In this document: in pieces, positions 26,018 to 37,462 of the stretch
Numbering within the stretch: position 1 is the first letter of the stretch
Layout: each line of letters opens with the position of its first letter
NCBI RefSeq assembly: GCF_011386835.1
Contig: NC_088800.1
Location: 82,708,001-82,772,000, forward strand
DNA length: 64,000 nt
Reading direction: 5' to 3'
Origin: Chrysemys picta bellii
Taxonomy: Eukaryota
Translations under genes and position numbers: made by a program
The notes under the pieces: model-generated
The model's database searches: none
What the model was told of the DNA's origin: nothing
The model's input: only the letters and a program-made list of their open reading frames with translations

Positions 26018-26450
26018 CTCAAGACCATACGCTGTTCAGAGCAAACAGGAAGGTATAAGAACAGGTTTCAGCCTCACAATTTAGATTTCACAGCGGGATT
26101 GCAATGGCAAAGCAATACCACAGGTTTCACACAGATACCATAGATCTTTGTCCATTGTATAATTTCCCGCAGTGTCATTTTCAACGAGAAGCGATGGGTT
26201 TTTACAGCCATGATTGGCTCAGTTCTTTTAGGCCAACAGGAATGGCACATGGGCTGTGCTTTGCAACCCTGCAGAGCTGGTACTGCTTTCCCGGAGAGAA
26301 GATCCCCTTTATCCCCGAAAAAAAACCAAAAAAAAAACCGAGAGAGAAATAATACTCGAAATGAGCTCTCTCTGTGTTTCGGGAGGCAAAATGGAGCTTA
26401 CAAATCTCACTTGACCTATTAAGAATGGGACAGGTGTCGACCTCACTTAC

Positions 26451-26549
26451 TGTAGCTGGGACAGGAGTGCCAGACTACGAAGGAAGTAGTCGGAGACACA
26501 TTTTAGGCTTCGTTTCTGCTCTCTCTCATCCTGTGCATGTGTCAGACTT
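26451..26549 (-). CDS. Candidate internal coding exon of unidentified gene (99 bp, phase 2-2)
   Basis: Strong acceptor cacttttcctttcaaattttacAG| and donor ACA|GTAAGT. The only open frame reads SLTHAQDEREQKRSLKCVSDYFLRSLALLSQL. Protein not recognised. Confidence 0.55.
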
Positions 26550-28608
26550 CTGTAAAATTTGAAAGGAAAAGTGGCACTTCATGGGAATAATTGGATGTGT
26601 CAGCTAAAGATGCCTGGAGGCAGCTTTCTGGGGCACCACCATCCCTTACTCAGCAGATTACCATAAATCTCAATGACCTTGGCTGCTTTGGAGGGGCAAA
26701 GTTAACTGTCGGATTAACAGCCTCCAACTTCTTCCCAAATGCATAAAGCGTGAAAAGGCTTTTCTTTCACCTCAGTCAGGACTGCTCACTGTCTCAGCAG
26801 TTTTTCACTTCCCGCCTATGCCTTCCCCAGCAAACACTCTCTCTAGTGGCTACTTAAAAGCACCAATCTAGAATTCCAGGTGTTGTGTCTTTTGCTCTTC
26901 ATGCAACAAAACAATGTGAAGAAATCACACGAGCACAGCTGATTCCCAAATATCTCTATTAACTATCTACTGTACAAGCATTTAAGGCCTAGCTATAGAC
27001 ACACTGCTGCTTCGGCTGGCTACTGGCTGCTTCTCTACATAGAACATGGTGAGCTTCACCAGAAGGCTCACGAACTATTTAAAGGGATACTACCCTATTC
27101 TTGTACACTTCAGGAGGCACCTGATGATCTTTGTAAAAACATATTAACATCCAGGTGGCATAAGGTCTCTCGCTTCTCTGGTGTCAGGTGTACCACTGCC
27201 TCAGTTTCCTTTCTGGCAAGTAATTTCCCTCTCACTTGTTGGTGGTTTAGTTTGACCCTTCAGCTAAATTTGAGCTCAACCCTTCCAGGGTAATGAAGGG
27301 CCAAACAAAATCTTTCCTGGGTCACCAGATTGGACTGGTCTATTCATTCCCTGCTCTGTCTCCTGGGGTCCTTTCGAAATCGTAACAGAAACAAATCAAA
27401 GAAAGAACTGCCTCTCCAGCCTCAAGCCTTCCCTTGAGTTACTGACACCCCGCTGCAGGCCAGAACCATCTCCCCTCTTTCTCCGAGGTACTTCATGCAG
27501 GCCAACTAAATTTGCAGGCCAATGTAGTCCTCTGCTAGTGCCCTCTGGAGACTGCATTCTGGGACAGACAAAATCCTAAATTCCCAGCAGTCTGAGGGGA
27601 ACAAATGCACAGAGAGACAGAGTAAAACTAAAACTCCCCCACCAAATACCTAGGGGACGGTGCAGTGAGCTAGGAGTTGATGAATTCAAGATTCCTCTCT
27701 TCCTCTTCCACTAACTGCTGTTAATTTCTTATTATGGAATAAGTCTTCAGTGATTCTCCCCCTCTCTGCAAGGAAGGCAAGTATCAGTCCTCCCATTTGA
27801 CAGATTAAAGTAATTTTTGCCAAAGCTGGAAATAGAGCACATCTCTGATATGGCAGGTTCAAGTCTTGCCCACTCGACTTTTCCGAAAGAAACTGCCAAA
27901 TCTATGGGCTTGGCTAGCCTGACTGTAACCACTAGGTCACTCTCCTGTGCCCAGGCCAGGAAGAGAACCCAGGAATCCCAGTAACCAGCATTTGACTGCT
28001 TTCTAGCAGTCACTCACTGGCAAAATGTGTGTCCACATATAGGACAACAGCCTACTTCTACTGGCAGTTAGTCCTCTAGTTCAAGTGGAAGAGGTCTGTA
28101 TTGTGGCTCTAAAAGCCCTGTGTTCAAACCAGACTGATAATTTATGAATAGAAAAATGATATTCCATCATGTAATTAAAGACTGTATCAGAACGTATACG
28201 CACAAGAGTGCAGAATTTAGGTTGTACAGCTAGCATTAATTCTGGCATTTCCTATCCTTCAAGTGCTTGACTTTGCAACCTCCGTTTCTCTTTAAAACAT
28301 GGGGGGTGGGAGTGGGGGTGATTATGCAATATCAATCTATGGAATTCCTTCCTAAATTAGCACTCATTGGAGGATTGGATGCCTCAGGACATTGCTAACA
28401 GAGCCTTCGCCCTCTATCAGGTCCCGAGTTTGAAAGCAGCCCAGCTCAGCACACGTTGAAGGTCGTTCACATCTAACAGATGTTTGGTGGCCCCCATACA
28501 AGATGAGTTTTGTGGGTCTCAGTTCCAGATCCCTCATTACAAACTCACCCTCCCCCCTTGCACTAATTAGCTCAGCAGAAACTGCAAGGGCCATGGAGAA
28601 GGAATTAC

Positions 28609-28700
28609 CTTTGTTCCCTCTCGATGGAGATCCTCCCTCAGATCAGGGCTGAAGCATATTGGTAGGGGACTGCATTGGGGAATCTTGGCCTGCTGCTGCC
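28609..28700 (-). CDS. Candidate exon (92 bp, phase 1-0)
   Basis: Acceptor tcttctctttatctacAG|, donor AAG|GTAATT, single open frame QQQAKIPQCSPLPICFSPDLREDLHREGTK. Phase is not directly compatible with the 26451 exon. Confidence 0.35.
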
Positions 28701-29694
28701 CTGTAGATAAAGAGAAGATCTCATTCACTGGGGCTCTCAAGCTGACGCCTTCACCAACACTAAGTCTGCACACAATTTTTTGAAAACTGAAAATTACAAT
28801 GAGATGCAAAGTATTTGCAAATTAGTCACGGAATATTTTGCAAGGGTGTTTCCTCACTGTCCTGTGGGGAAAAAAAAATCTTTATTATTTTTCCACAAAA
28901 AGTAGCAACCGTAAGAGGGACCCACAAGCTGCTCCCTCCAGGTCTCGGTCTCTCTTCATACAGACCTATGACAGGTCTCACTTGTCCTCATGTCTCCTCC
29001 AAAGCCCGGGCTCTTTGCTTAGATAGACCCAGCAGAACCTCCTGTTCCCTTCAGGTCTCTCCCTCGTAAGAAGATAAGGAGTTGATTTATAACCCAGCCC
29101 CCTTTCCCAGCACTGCCTGCAGTAACATATACATTTTCCAGGATCCCTCTTGCAACTACAACCCCCAGAATGCCTTGCTTCTTGAACAGAATTGTGCTGA
29201 AAGCCTGCCTTAAAGGACCCAGCACACCTTGCTATATAAAGAAAGAACGTTTTAAACCACCAGAAACAAAATCCACTGGGAAAATAGTTAGGCCCGACAG
29301 TGTGCCCAGAAGCCAAGACATCTGGGCCTCTGCCTGACTAAGGTCTTGACTACCCTTGCGGCAGCTACACACTGCAGTGTCCACACTCACTGCGGTGCGT
29401 AGCCATGTGCGGCAGTGAAAGGCTCAGGCACGGGGAAGCAGTGGGGAAAGGCTTTTATCCCCACTGCCTCTTCCCTGCTGGAGGCTCTCTCCTCTACCAG
29501 AGCCTCTCCTTGGAGTGGGGAAAGGCTCTGGCAGGGAGGAGGCAGGGGGACACTACACTGCTAAAAGTATCCGTGTAGATGGGGGAAGCACTGCTTGGGC
29601 ATGTAGAGAGCTGGGTAGGGTATATACCGTAGGGTTTTTTGGTGTGTCTCCACTCACCAAAGCACTGCCTCACCATCTACCAGCTATACCTGTG

Positions 29695-29810
29695 TAGGAT
29701 GACCAGACAGCATGTGGGAAAAACTGGGACGGGGGTAATAGGAGCCTATATAAGAAAAAGACCCCAAAATCGGGACTGTCCCTATAAAATCGGGACATCT
29801 GGTCACCCTA
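29695..29810 (+). mobile_element. ~120-bp hAT MITE, copy 2
   Basis: taggatgaccaga / tctggtcacccta, TSD tacctgtg / tccctgtg (7/8). Inserted in an older Harbinger-like relic (about 29340-29870). Confidence 0.88.
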
Positions 29811-31175
29811 TCCCTGTGCTAGCTGGGCACGTGGTGTCTGTACTCCATGTGCCGCCCCAAGTAGGATGCTGAATCCCAGAGTCAAAATCCCTTCAGTGAA
29901 AATGTTGAGTGCCCCCTCTCCCCCCATTTACCCTGAGGTGCTGTAACCTTGAGAAAGCCCCAGCTGGTTGCAACCATGATCATATTACAAAGCGAGAGAG
30001 GGGTGCTCTCTACTTTAGGGAGGATCCAAACCATTAGGGAAAGTCTATCGCAGCTATTGTAGCCCCGTTCTGCATTCATTTTCAAGAGCTGGAGTTCTCC
30101 ACATCCCTCTGGGAGCATTCACTGTAATGGTAGTATGCAGCCTGGTACCCCACGTTCGTGTCTCACGGTGAGGATCCTCCTACTGGTAGTGTTTATTGCT
30201 GCTCTCAGCCTGCTTTAAATCCTGCTGTAGTCAATGGAAATACTCCCACTGACAGGTTGAACATAGGCACTCAAAGCAGAGGGATGAGTAAATAAAGACT
30301 CATTGAGGCCCTTTAACTCTCTCTTAATATGCAGACAGCAAACCCTTGGCATACACCCTTCGGCGGAAACAAAGCAATGCAGGACAAATTAGCTTTAGAA
30401 ATAAGTATCAATCAAATATTCATTCCATTAATAGATATAAATAAGTGTGTTCCTCGGCAGAGTGTTTTGGCATTTAATAATATAACGTAATACACTGAAA
30501 TAAAGCGACTGCCAAGTGGATAATATACCTACAGTTCAACACACCCTGTATTGTCAGAGCCATGTGGAGTAGCATACTGGAAAATGCCCTGATGTTACAG
30601 AGAAATATTTTGGTGCCGTTTGCATTGTGAATCAGAAATCTCATAGGATGTTCAACACTCCTTTCACTAGTGCAAAACTTACGCTATGAAATCCCAAACC
30701 CGTTCAAAGGCACCTGGGTTCTGGTTTAATTACAATCTCTAAACTCAGCCCGGGCTCACAGACCTATTGCGTCAGCCATTGCTCCATTTGGAGCAAAACC
30801 CCCAAACCATTTCAGTTTGGAAAAAAAAAAATCAACTGGAATGTGGAGATTTCAACTGAATTTGGGAGTTTTTTCAGACCCCACACACAAAGGGCAGCTC
30901 ATCCAACTCAGACTAGAACCTAAATCCCGGCCCTAGATCAGAACCACCATGAACTCTGGGGAAATTTGGATTTGGATCTGAACACTAACACACATCTCTT
31001 AGTACAGTAAAGTTTCCATGAACCCAGTGAGCTGAAACACACTAGGTTCCCACAGCTTCTTGACCAATATGCTTGAAATCCCAACTCAATGGATGTGAAA
31101 ACCTGCTTATTGCCCCACGTGTGCAATGTTTGGCTTGACTCTGAACTTCCAGCAGCCCAGGAAAACATATTAGAT

Positions 31176-31485
31176 CAGGGTAAGCAACCTATGGCACGCG
31201 TGCCAAAGGCGGCACGCGAGCTGATTTTCAGTGGCACTCACGCTGCCTGGGTCCTGACCACCGGTCCAGGGGGCTCTGCATTTTAATTTAATTTTAAATG
31301 AAGCGTCTTAAACATGTTAAAAACCTTATTTACTTTACATACAACAATAGTTTAGTTCTATATTAAAGACTTATAGAAAGAGACCTTCTAAAAACGTTAA
31401 AATGTATGACTGGCACACGAAACCTTAAATGCGAGTGAATAAATGAAGACTCGGCACAGCGCTTCTGAAAGGTTTCCGACCCCTG
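31176..31485 (+). mobile_element. hAT-Charlie-type MITE
   Basis: TIR cagggtaagcaacct / aggtttccgacccctg, TSD tattagat / cattagat (7/8). Confidence 0.88.
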
Positions 31486-32504
31486 CATTAGATGATGTCA
31501 GAATAATGAATGGGTGAGAAAGCAGGTACCTCTGCATGCTTGAGTCATTTGTTCTCGTCTGCTTACTCCTCAAGTCATCATAAACCTCTAATTGGTAGCA
31601 TCACACTTCATTTGCAGCATCTTTAAAAAGTGATTTACAATTTGTTTTGCATAGTCCACAGGCTGCTTTATGGCTCTATTTGTTTGCAGAAGAGCATCAT
31701 GGGGCGTCTGGGAAAGCAGCCCTGAAAATATGCAGCTGCTATATGTTGCCTTTATGTTGCCTTTAATTATGAATTTACTGCGCTGATGATCTAAAGGGCG
31801 TGAAGAGGTGGGACTGCAGTAAGGAAACTATAGCAAGGAAACTGCTCGCAAACCAATAGCAGCCTGTGGCCGTTGCGCTTTTGTGACTGTAGAGCCAGGG
31901 TCTCCATATAAGGCCATGTTTCGACTCGATACACTGCTATGGGGGTTGATTTAAAATAGACTCATGAAGTGGCAAACAAACCCCGTCCGCTCTGTTGACA
32001 GGCTTAAAAAAAAGAAGATTCTATACACATGGGTTTATGGAAACTGAAATTAAATTGTTTTCATAGTCATTATAAATGTCAGCTACACATAAAGATGAAA
32101 AACTACCCATTGAAGTTAGACACTGTCAAATAAATACACTAAAGTACAGAGTCTCTTTGAGTCAGCAAACCTTTAAACACTGGTTGCTATGCAACTTGAG
32201 TAACATTAGATGAACAGCTCAGTAAGGCACACTGAATGTGGTAAATACGGGGTTTCAATATTTATGTATCGCTCTTTATTAAGGCATTTTTTCAGGCCGT
32301 TGACAGACCTTGATAAAGCAAGGACAGGGATGCAATTAAAATCAGATCGGTTCCTGCGAAGAAAGGCTGACCAATACTGCAGAGACACAGCACGAGTATG
32401 GTATGGCCCTACAGGTCGTGGGATTGCCAGAAAATGTGAGATCGTTCCAGTTAACAGCCATCTGCCTGGAGTGAAACGTGTTTTCACCAGTGTCCAGCAC
32501 AGAC

Positions 32505-33058
32505 TCATAGAAATGTGGTGGGGCTGGAAGGGACCACGCGAGGTCATCAAGTCCAGCTCCTTGTGCTGAGGTAGAACCAAGTAAACTTAGACCATCCCTG
32601 CCAGGTGTACGTCCAACTTGTTCTTAAAAACTTCCAGGGATGGGGATCCCACAACCTCCTTTTGAAGACTACTCCAGAGCTTAACTACCCTTAGAGTTGG
32701 AACATTTTTCCTGGTATCTAACCTAAATCTCTCTTGCTGCAGATTAAGCCCATGGAGAACAATTGATCACCATCCTCTTTATAACAGCCCTTAACATAAT
32801 TGAAGACTTATCAGGTCCCACCTCAGTCTTCTTTTCTCAAGACGAAACATGCCCAGTTTTTAAATCTTTCCTCACAGTTCAGGTTTTCTAAACCTTTTAT
32901 CTTTTTTGTTGCTCTCCGTTGGGCTCTCTCTCCAGTTTGTCCATGTCTTTCTTAAAGCGTGGTGCCCCGAATGGATGCAGTACTCCAGCTGAGGCCTCAC
33001 CGGGACCATGCAGAGAGTGAGTGTCTTACATACGACACTCCTATTAATACACCCCAGA
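32505..33058 (-). mobile_element. CR1 LINE 3' portion
   Basis: Inverse CR1 tail tcatagaaatgt...gggctggaagggacc, followed by ORF2-derived sequence. Same subfamily as 24434. Confidence 0.9.
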
Positions 33059-34515
33059 GTGACATTAGCCTTAGATAACTGGAAACAGATACATCTTCCG
33101 CATCACAAAGTGTACACGGCAGATCTGCAGTTTTTCATTAAATTCACAAAAATGATTGGCCATGTGCAAAGCCACCGAGTTTTTTATCTGCTTGCAGGTA
33201 ACAGGAAGCGCTAGACAGCTAGGGCTTAGTTCTCGCCCTTCTGTACAATGGTTTTACACTGATAGAGCTCTCTCGACTTCAGTGGAGTTACACCACTGCT
33301 AGAGGAGAAATCAGGCCCACAGCATCTGTTAAAGCCATTCCTGAAAGATTGCAGTTGCGGGAATGCTGATTAGAAAAACTAAACTTTGTCTGCCACTCTC
33401 CTGTCACCCATGTAGTTCCACTTCTGGGAGCTGCAATTCCAGGGAACCACAGCATCCCAGGTAGATCCTTAACGTCAAAGACATGGCTTTACCTTGCAGA
33501 AAAGAAATGAGTCACCTAAGTTACAGGGACAAAGACAAAGCTCTGGAATAGTGGAGGCTGCATTCCAGCAGGCAAGGGGATGGAAAAATGGAACCCCAAA
33601 GAGCAGAATCTAGCATTAGTTGGGAGTTTTTGTATTGTTCGGTAGTAATGAGAAAAGGAAAATGAAGATGAGCTCTTAAGATGGTGCTTTGATTATGGGG
33701 GAAATAAATGAACAGACCTAAAGAGTTCTTATATGTGGTTAGTATATCCGCATTAATAGAAAGTCTGTGCATAAGGAGATAACAATTTTACATTTGAGAT
33801 GTGGTAAGATTTTATAAATATTGATGAAGACCAACTTGCAGCTGACCAGATCTGGGCCTTTTCTCCCACTCATCACTTTGCCTGTATTGTAACCTCCTTT
33901 CCCCATCCTATATCTGTCCTTTTCTTTTCAGATCGTGCACTTTCTTCTGTGTCTTCCTCTGTTTTTCCAAAAGCATCTGGCACATTTTGGATTCTGCCAC
34001 AATTCAAATAACAAACAGTAGTAACTAGTGGTAGTTTTCGAGATGACCTTCAGTAATCAGCATGCAAACCGTTCCATGGTAATCATACGCTCACTTTTAG
34101 TGAGCATTTAGAAAAAATGAATAAATATCTTTCTATCACACCCTTTTTGATTTATCCTTTTTTTAATCAAAAAAACCTTATCTGACAGCAGAAGAGGTCA
34201 CTGGATGAAATTAAATGGCAACACGTTTTTAAAAAAGATAAAAGGGAACTCTCTGTCCCAGGATGGCATTCAGGCCAAAAGCTTAGTAAATTTCAATAAA
34301 AAGATGAGACAATTTTTATCCTCTCTGGTTTAACTGTAGCCGCTATCCTTGCTCATGTATGAGCTGTAATTGTCATGTGCTTCTGTACCAGATTTGGACT
34401 GGTCACAGAGCTTGCCTATACAGACCAGATGTGCTCATTGTAAGATCCTTTAATGCTCCGCTGGGTATGGCGGAGGTTCCTTTAAATAAGGTATTTTACA
34501 CACAGTGCCACCTAG

Positions 34516-34730
34516 GGTCCTGTGGCACCTTTGAGACTAACAGAAGTACTGGGAGCATAAGTTTTCGTGGGTAAGAACCTCACTTCTTCAGATGCAAGAC
34601 TTGCATCTGAAGAAGTGAGGTTCTTACCCACGAAAACTTATGCTCCCAGTACTTCTGTTAGTCTCAAAGGTGCCACAGGACCCTCTGTTGCTTTTTACAG
34701 ATTCAGACTAACACGGCTACCCCTCTGATA
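34516..34730 (+). mobile_element. Penelope-like fold-back insertion
   Basis: Perfect 85-bp inverted arms (34514-34598, 34600-34684) around 1 nt, family 3' end ggctacccctctgata, 12-bp TSD agtgccacctag (34504-34515, 34731-34742). Confidence 0.95.
34603..34643 (+). ncRNA. Minimal hammerhead motif (mirror copy on minus strand at 34555-34595)
   Basis: GCAU-CUGAAGA-A-GUGAGGUUCUUACCCAC-GAAA-ACU-U-AUGC. The dimerisation palindrome AGCU is changed to AACU in both arms. Confidence 0.65.
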
Positions 34731-34829
34731 AGTGCCACCTAGTGGCTGAACAGTATACTTCAGTTTAGCATTCCATTCCATCTTCCCCTTTAAGTCCTAC
34801 ATTCCAATTACAATATTTATACCATCACA

Positions 34830-35125
34830 GGCCTAGTCTTCACTTATCGGCTGGTCCGGCGGCACGCCATCGATGTTCTGGGATCGATTTATCGTGTCTG
34901 GTTAAGATGCGATAAATCGATCCCGGATCGATCCCGGAAGTGCTCACAGTCGGCGCCGGTACTCCAGCTCGCCGAGAGGAGTACGCGGCGTCGACGGGGG
35001 GAGACTTCCGGCCGCGTCTGGACCGCGGTAAGTTCGGACTAAGGTACTTCGAATTCAGCTACGTTATTAACGTAGCTGAATTTGCGTACCTTAGTCCGAA
35101 GTCCGGACTAAGTGGGGACCAGCCC
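34830..35125 (+). mobile_element. PIF/Harbinger MITE, CpG-rich (young)
   Basis: TIR ggcctagtcttcact / agtggggaccagccc, 3-bp flanking duplication ACA, long internal hairpins. Confidence 0.85.
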
Positions 35126-35728
35126 ACACTGTCTTTGAAGTTCACTAGGTATCAGTTTAAGTGTCTCTGAATCATACTGGTTTTCTAGTTACATGACAGG
35201 AACACATCACACTTGGTCATCTGGCTGTTCATTAGTTGCAGCAACTGGCTGTGTTCAGTTTGAAGTCCTTGAGTCTTCGTCTTCTTGTTCTGCACTTGCC
35301 ATCTGAAGAGTTTGCTCTGTTGATTGTTCTTTCTGAAGAATAGACTGTAGATGTCAACTGTTTCCATTGAACTCTCCACTGTCGGTTTTCATCAGATATG
35401 ATCTGGGCAATTAATCCTTTTTGTTTATGATAGGTGGAGTTGTCCATCCTTTTTCTCTATCCAATTTGACATGAATATAGTCACCAGGTTCTAGGCTTGG
35501 CAGTTCTCTGAGTGACTTCTGTTGTAAACGTGTTCATACGCTCTTAGCCTTTGTATCCGACTTGGCTACTCTCTGTATGTCAGGCCGTATTGGAAATAGG
35601 TTCTTTTCCGAAGTTGTAACGGTAATTCTGAGTTGTTTTCCCATCAGTTGTTGTAATGGACTATACCCAGTAGCAGCTATTGGTGTTGATCTGCTGTAAC
35701 GCAGAAGAGCAAGAAATGGAGTTTCCTA

Positions 35729-36024
35729 CTATAGGATTTTCTTGGCTATCTGTACAGCTTTCTCAGCATCTCCATTCGCTTGTGGGTAATACGGGCTGCG
35801 AGTAATACAATCAAAATCATATTGTGTTTGGAATGACTTAAGTTCTGCTACAATGTATTGGGGTCCATTGTCCATCACTAGTTGTTCTGGAATACTGAAG
35901 TGAGCAAACGTGCACTTCAGTTTCTTGAAAACACTGCAACATGTTATGTCTTTCCAGTACATTATTTCTATACACCTGGAAAAATAGTCCACTATGACCA
36001 GGTAATGATGTCCTCTGAATTTTT
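35729..36024 (-). pseudogene. Gypsy integrase catalytic core remnant
   Basis: FRGHHYLVIVDYFSR...FSIPEQLVMDNGPQY...SPYYPQANGDAEKAVQIAK, with exactly 35 residues between the second D and the E. Confidence 0.92.
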
Positions 36025-37279
36025 AGAAGGAATGGGCTTTAAGGAAGGGAGGAGCTGCTTGGTGCATAAGAAGCAGGTGGCTCCAAGAGTAAGGAAGTAG
36101 CATGAATGAAGGCACCAAGCTGAGAGGAGGAGGAGGAGACGAAGGCCAATATTCACCACTGGTGTAAGCAGGGAGAGTGATGTCAGCAGGAGCTTTGTCC
36201 AAGTAACATCCTGAGTACGTCTCCTTGGACTGGAGATTCAGCCCAATGAAGGTAGTACAACTGAACTTAATGCACTGTCATGTGTGAAAGACAAGGTTTT
36301 ATTTACCCAATACACTACATTGGGTCAGATCCTTGGCTGACGCTTAGGGTCACTCCACTGCCTGGGGATTCCGGTCATGGGAAGTGTAAAACCTACACAG
36401 CTGGCTCTATGTCACCCGCTTACTTCCCTGGTTTGATGGGGCACGTGAGCAGCAAGCTATATGGCCCACAGGGGTCATTCTAGCCAGCACAAGTTAGTGG
36501 CTGCTGTGGCCAGCCCCAGGGACTGGTTTGGGTTCTGGCAACCCCAGTAGGTTAAAAATAATATTGGTTAAAGTTTTTGCCGCTAATGGTCTAGTGAAAT
36601 CCCCAGACTTCTCTGAGTGAAGTTGATTCTTGGAGTGCAGTGGCTTTAACATCTGGATCAGTATATAGGGAGGATCAGGTTTTTGCTTATGCTTACCAGA
36701 GAGCTTCTTTATTAACCATCTGGCGAGGCATTCCTGGTCCCTCCCTCCCTCCTGCAAATGTGATATGGTTTTGCCCTTTGAACTGTATCTGTAGGGTTTG
36801 CTTGTTTGTTATACGGTGAGTGCTATGGCATGACGCTGAAGACCTCTTGAAGCCTCTTTGTTCTGGGTGGATGAGCAGCAAGATTTCTGAGGAGGAAGTA
36901 TTGTCCTTGCTCTAATCACTACTGCTTTGGCTTCATTCAGGATCTTGACTGGAACAGAGGTCCCAAAACTGTCGTTCTTCAGCTACAAGGTGATAAAACA
37001 TCTGGGCTGTAATCTCTCAGCTTCTCTGGGACTATCCTGATCTCACTTCATTCTGACTTGTCAAATGCATTTACTACTACAAGGGACTGCCATGGAAACA
37101 TGACGGCTCAAGGCAGAGTGACAAAATGTAGATGATTCCTAAGCTCTTATGTAAAATGCCCATTGATACTGTCTGAATTCTATGCGCAAACATTGGTGGC
37201 GTGGTTAAATGGCATTCCCACCATTTGGGAACAGAAATACTGCTATACTGGAGTATTTATCACTGTATCTGGAGCACCT

Positions 37280-37462
37280 CTCAGCCAATCTATTTACCCT
37301 CACCACATCCCTGCAAGGCAGGGAAGTATTATTTCTATGTTGCAGCTGGAGAACTGAAGTACAGAGAGGCTAAATGACTTGCTCAAGTCTGCAGGTGACC
37401 AAAGAAGTGAACTGGGTCTTCAGAGTTTCAGACTAGCTCTCTAACCACAGCACTATCCTTCC
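37280..37462 (-). mobile_element. MIR/CORE-type SINE relic
   Basis: gggaagtattatttctatgttgcagctggagaactgaagtacagagaggctaaatgacttgctcaag. Confidence 0.65.

Larger units (their letters stand above)
34335..36025 (-). mobile_element. Gypsy LTR retrotransposon 3' remnant (integrase, PPT, short 3' LTR)
   Basis: Integrase at about 35729-36024, PPT aaaggggaaga (34781-34791) immediately followed by TG, putative LTR 34780-34335 ending in ggctaca. Interrupted by a Harbinger MITE and a PLE. Confidence 0.75.

Noticed and set aside
28040-28135. tRNA-like sequence (ctagttcaagtgg...gtgttcaaac)
   Set aside because: A/B-box-like remnants only, with no cloverleaf. Most likely a decayed SINE head, not a tRNA gene.
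34514-34684. Perfect hairpin as miRNA precursor or CRISPR-like repeat
   Set aside because: Fully explained by a TSD-bounded PLE fold-back. There is no repeat-spacer array, and this is a eukaryotic locus.
36275-37121. Possible solo LTR or 5' LTR of the Gypsy remnant (tgtca...tgaca)
   Set aside because: No TSD, no PBS and no similarity to the putative 3' LTR at 34335-34780. It may still be a repeat but I cannot support boundaries.
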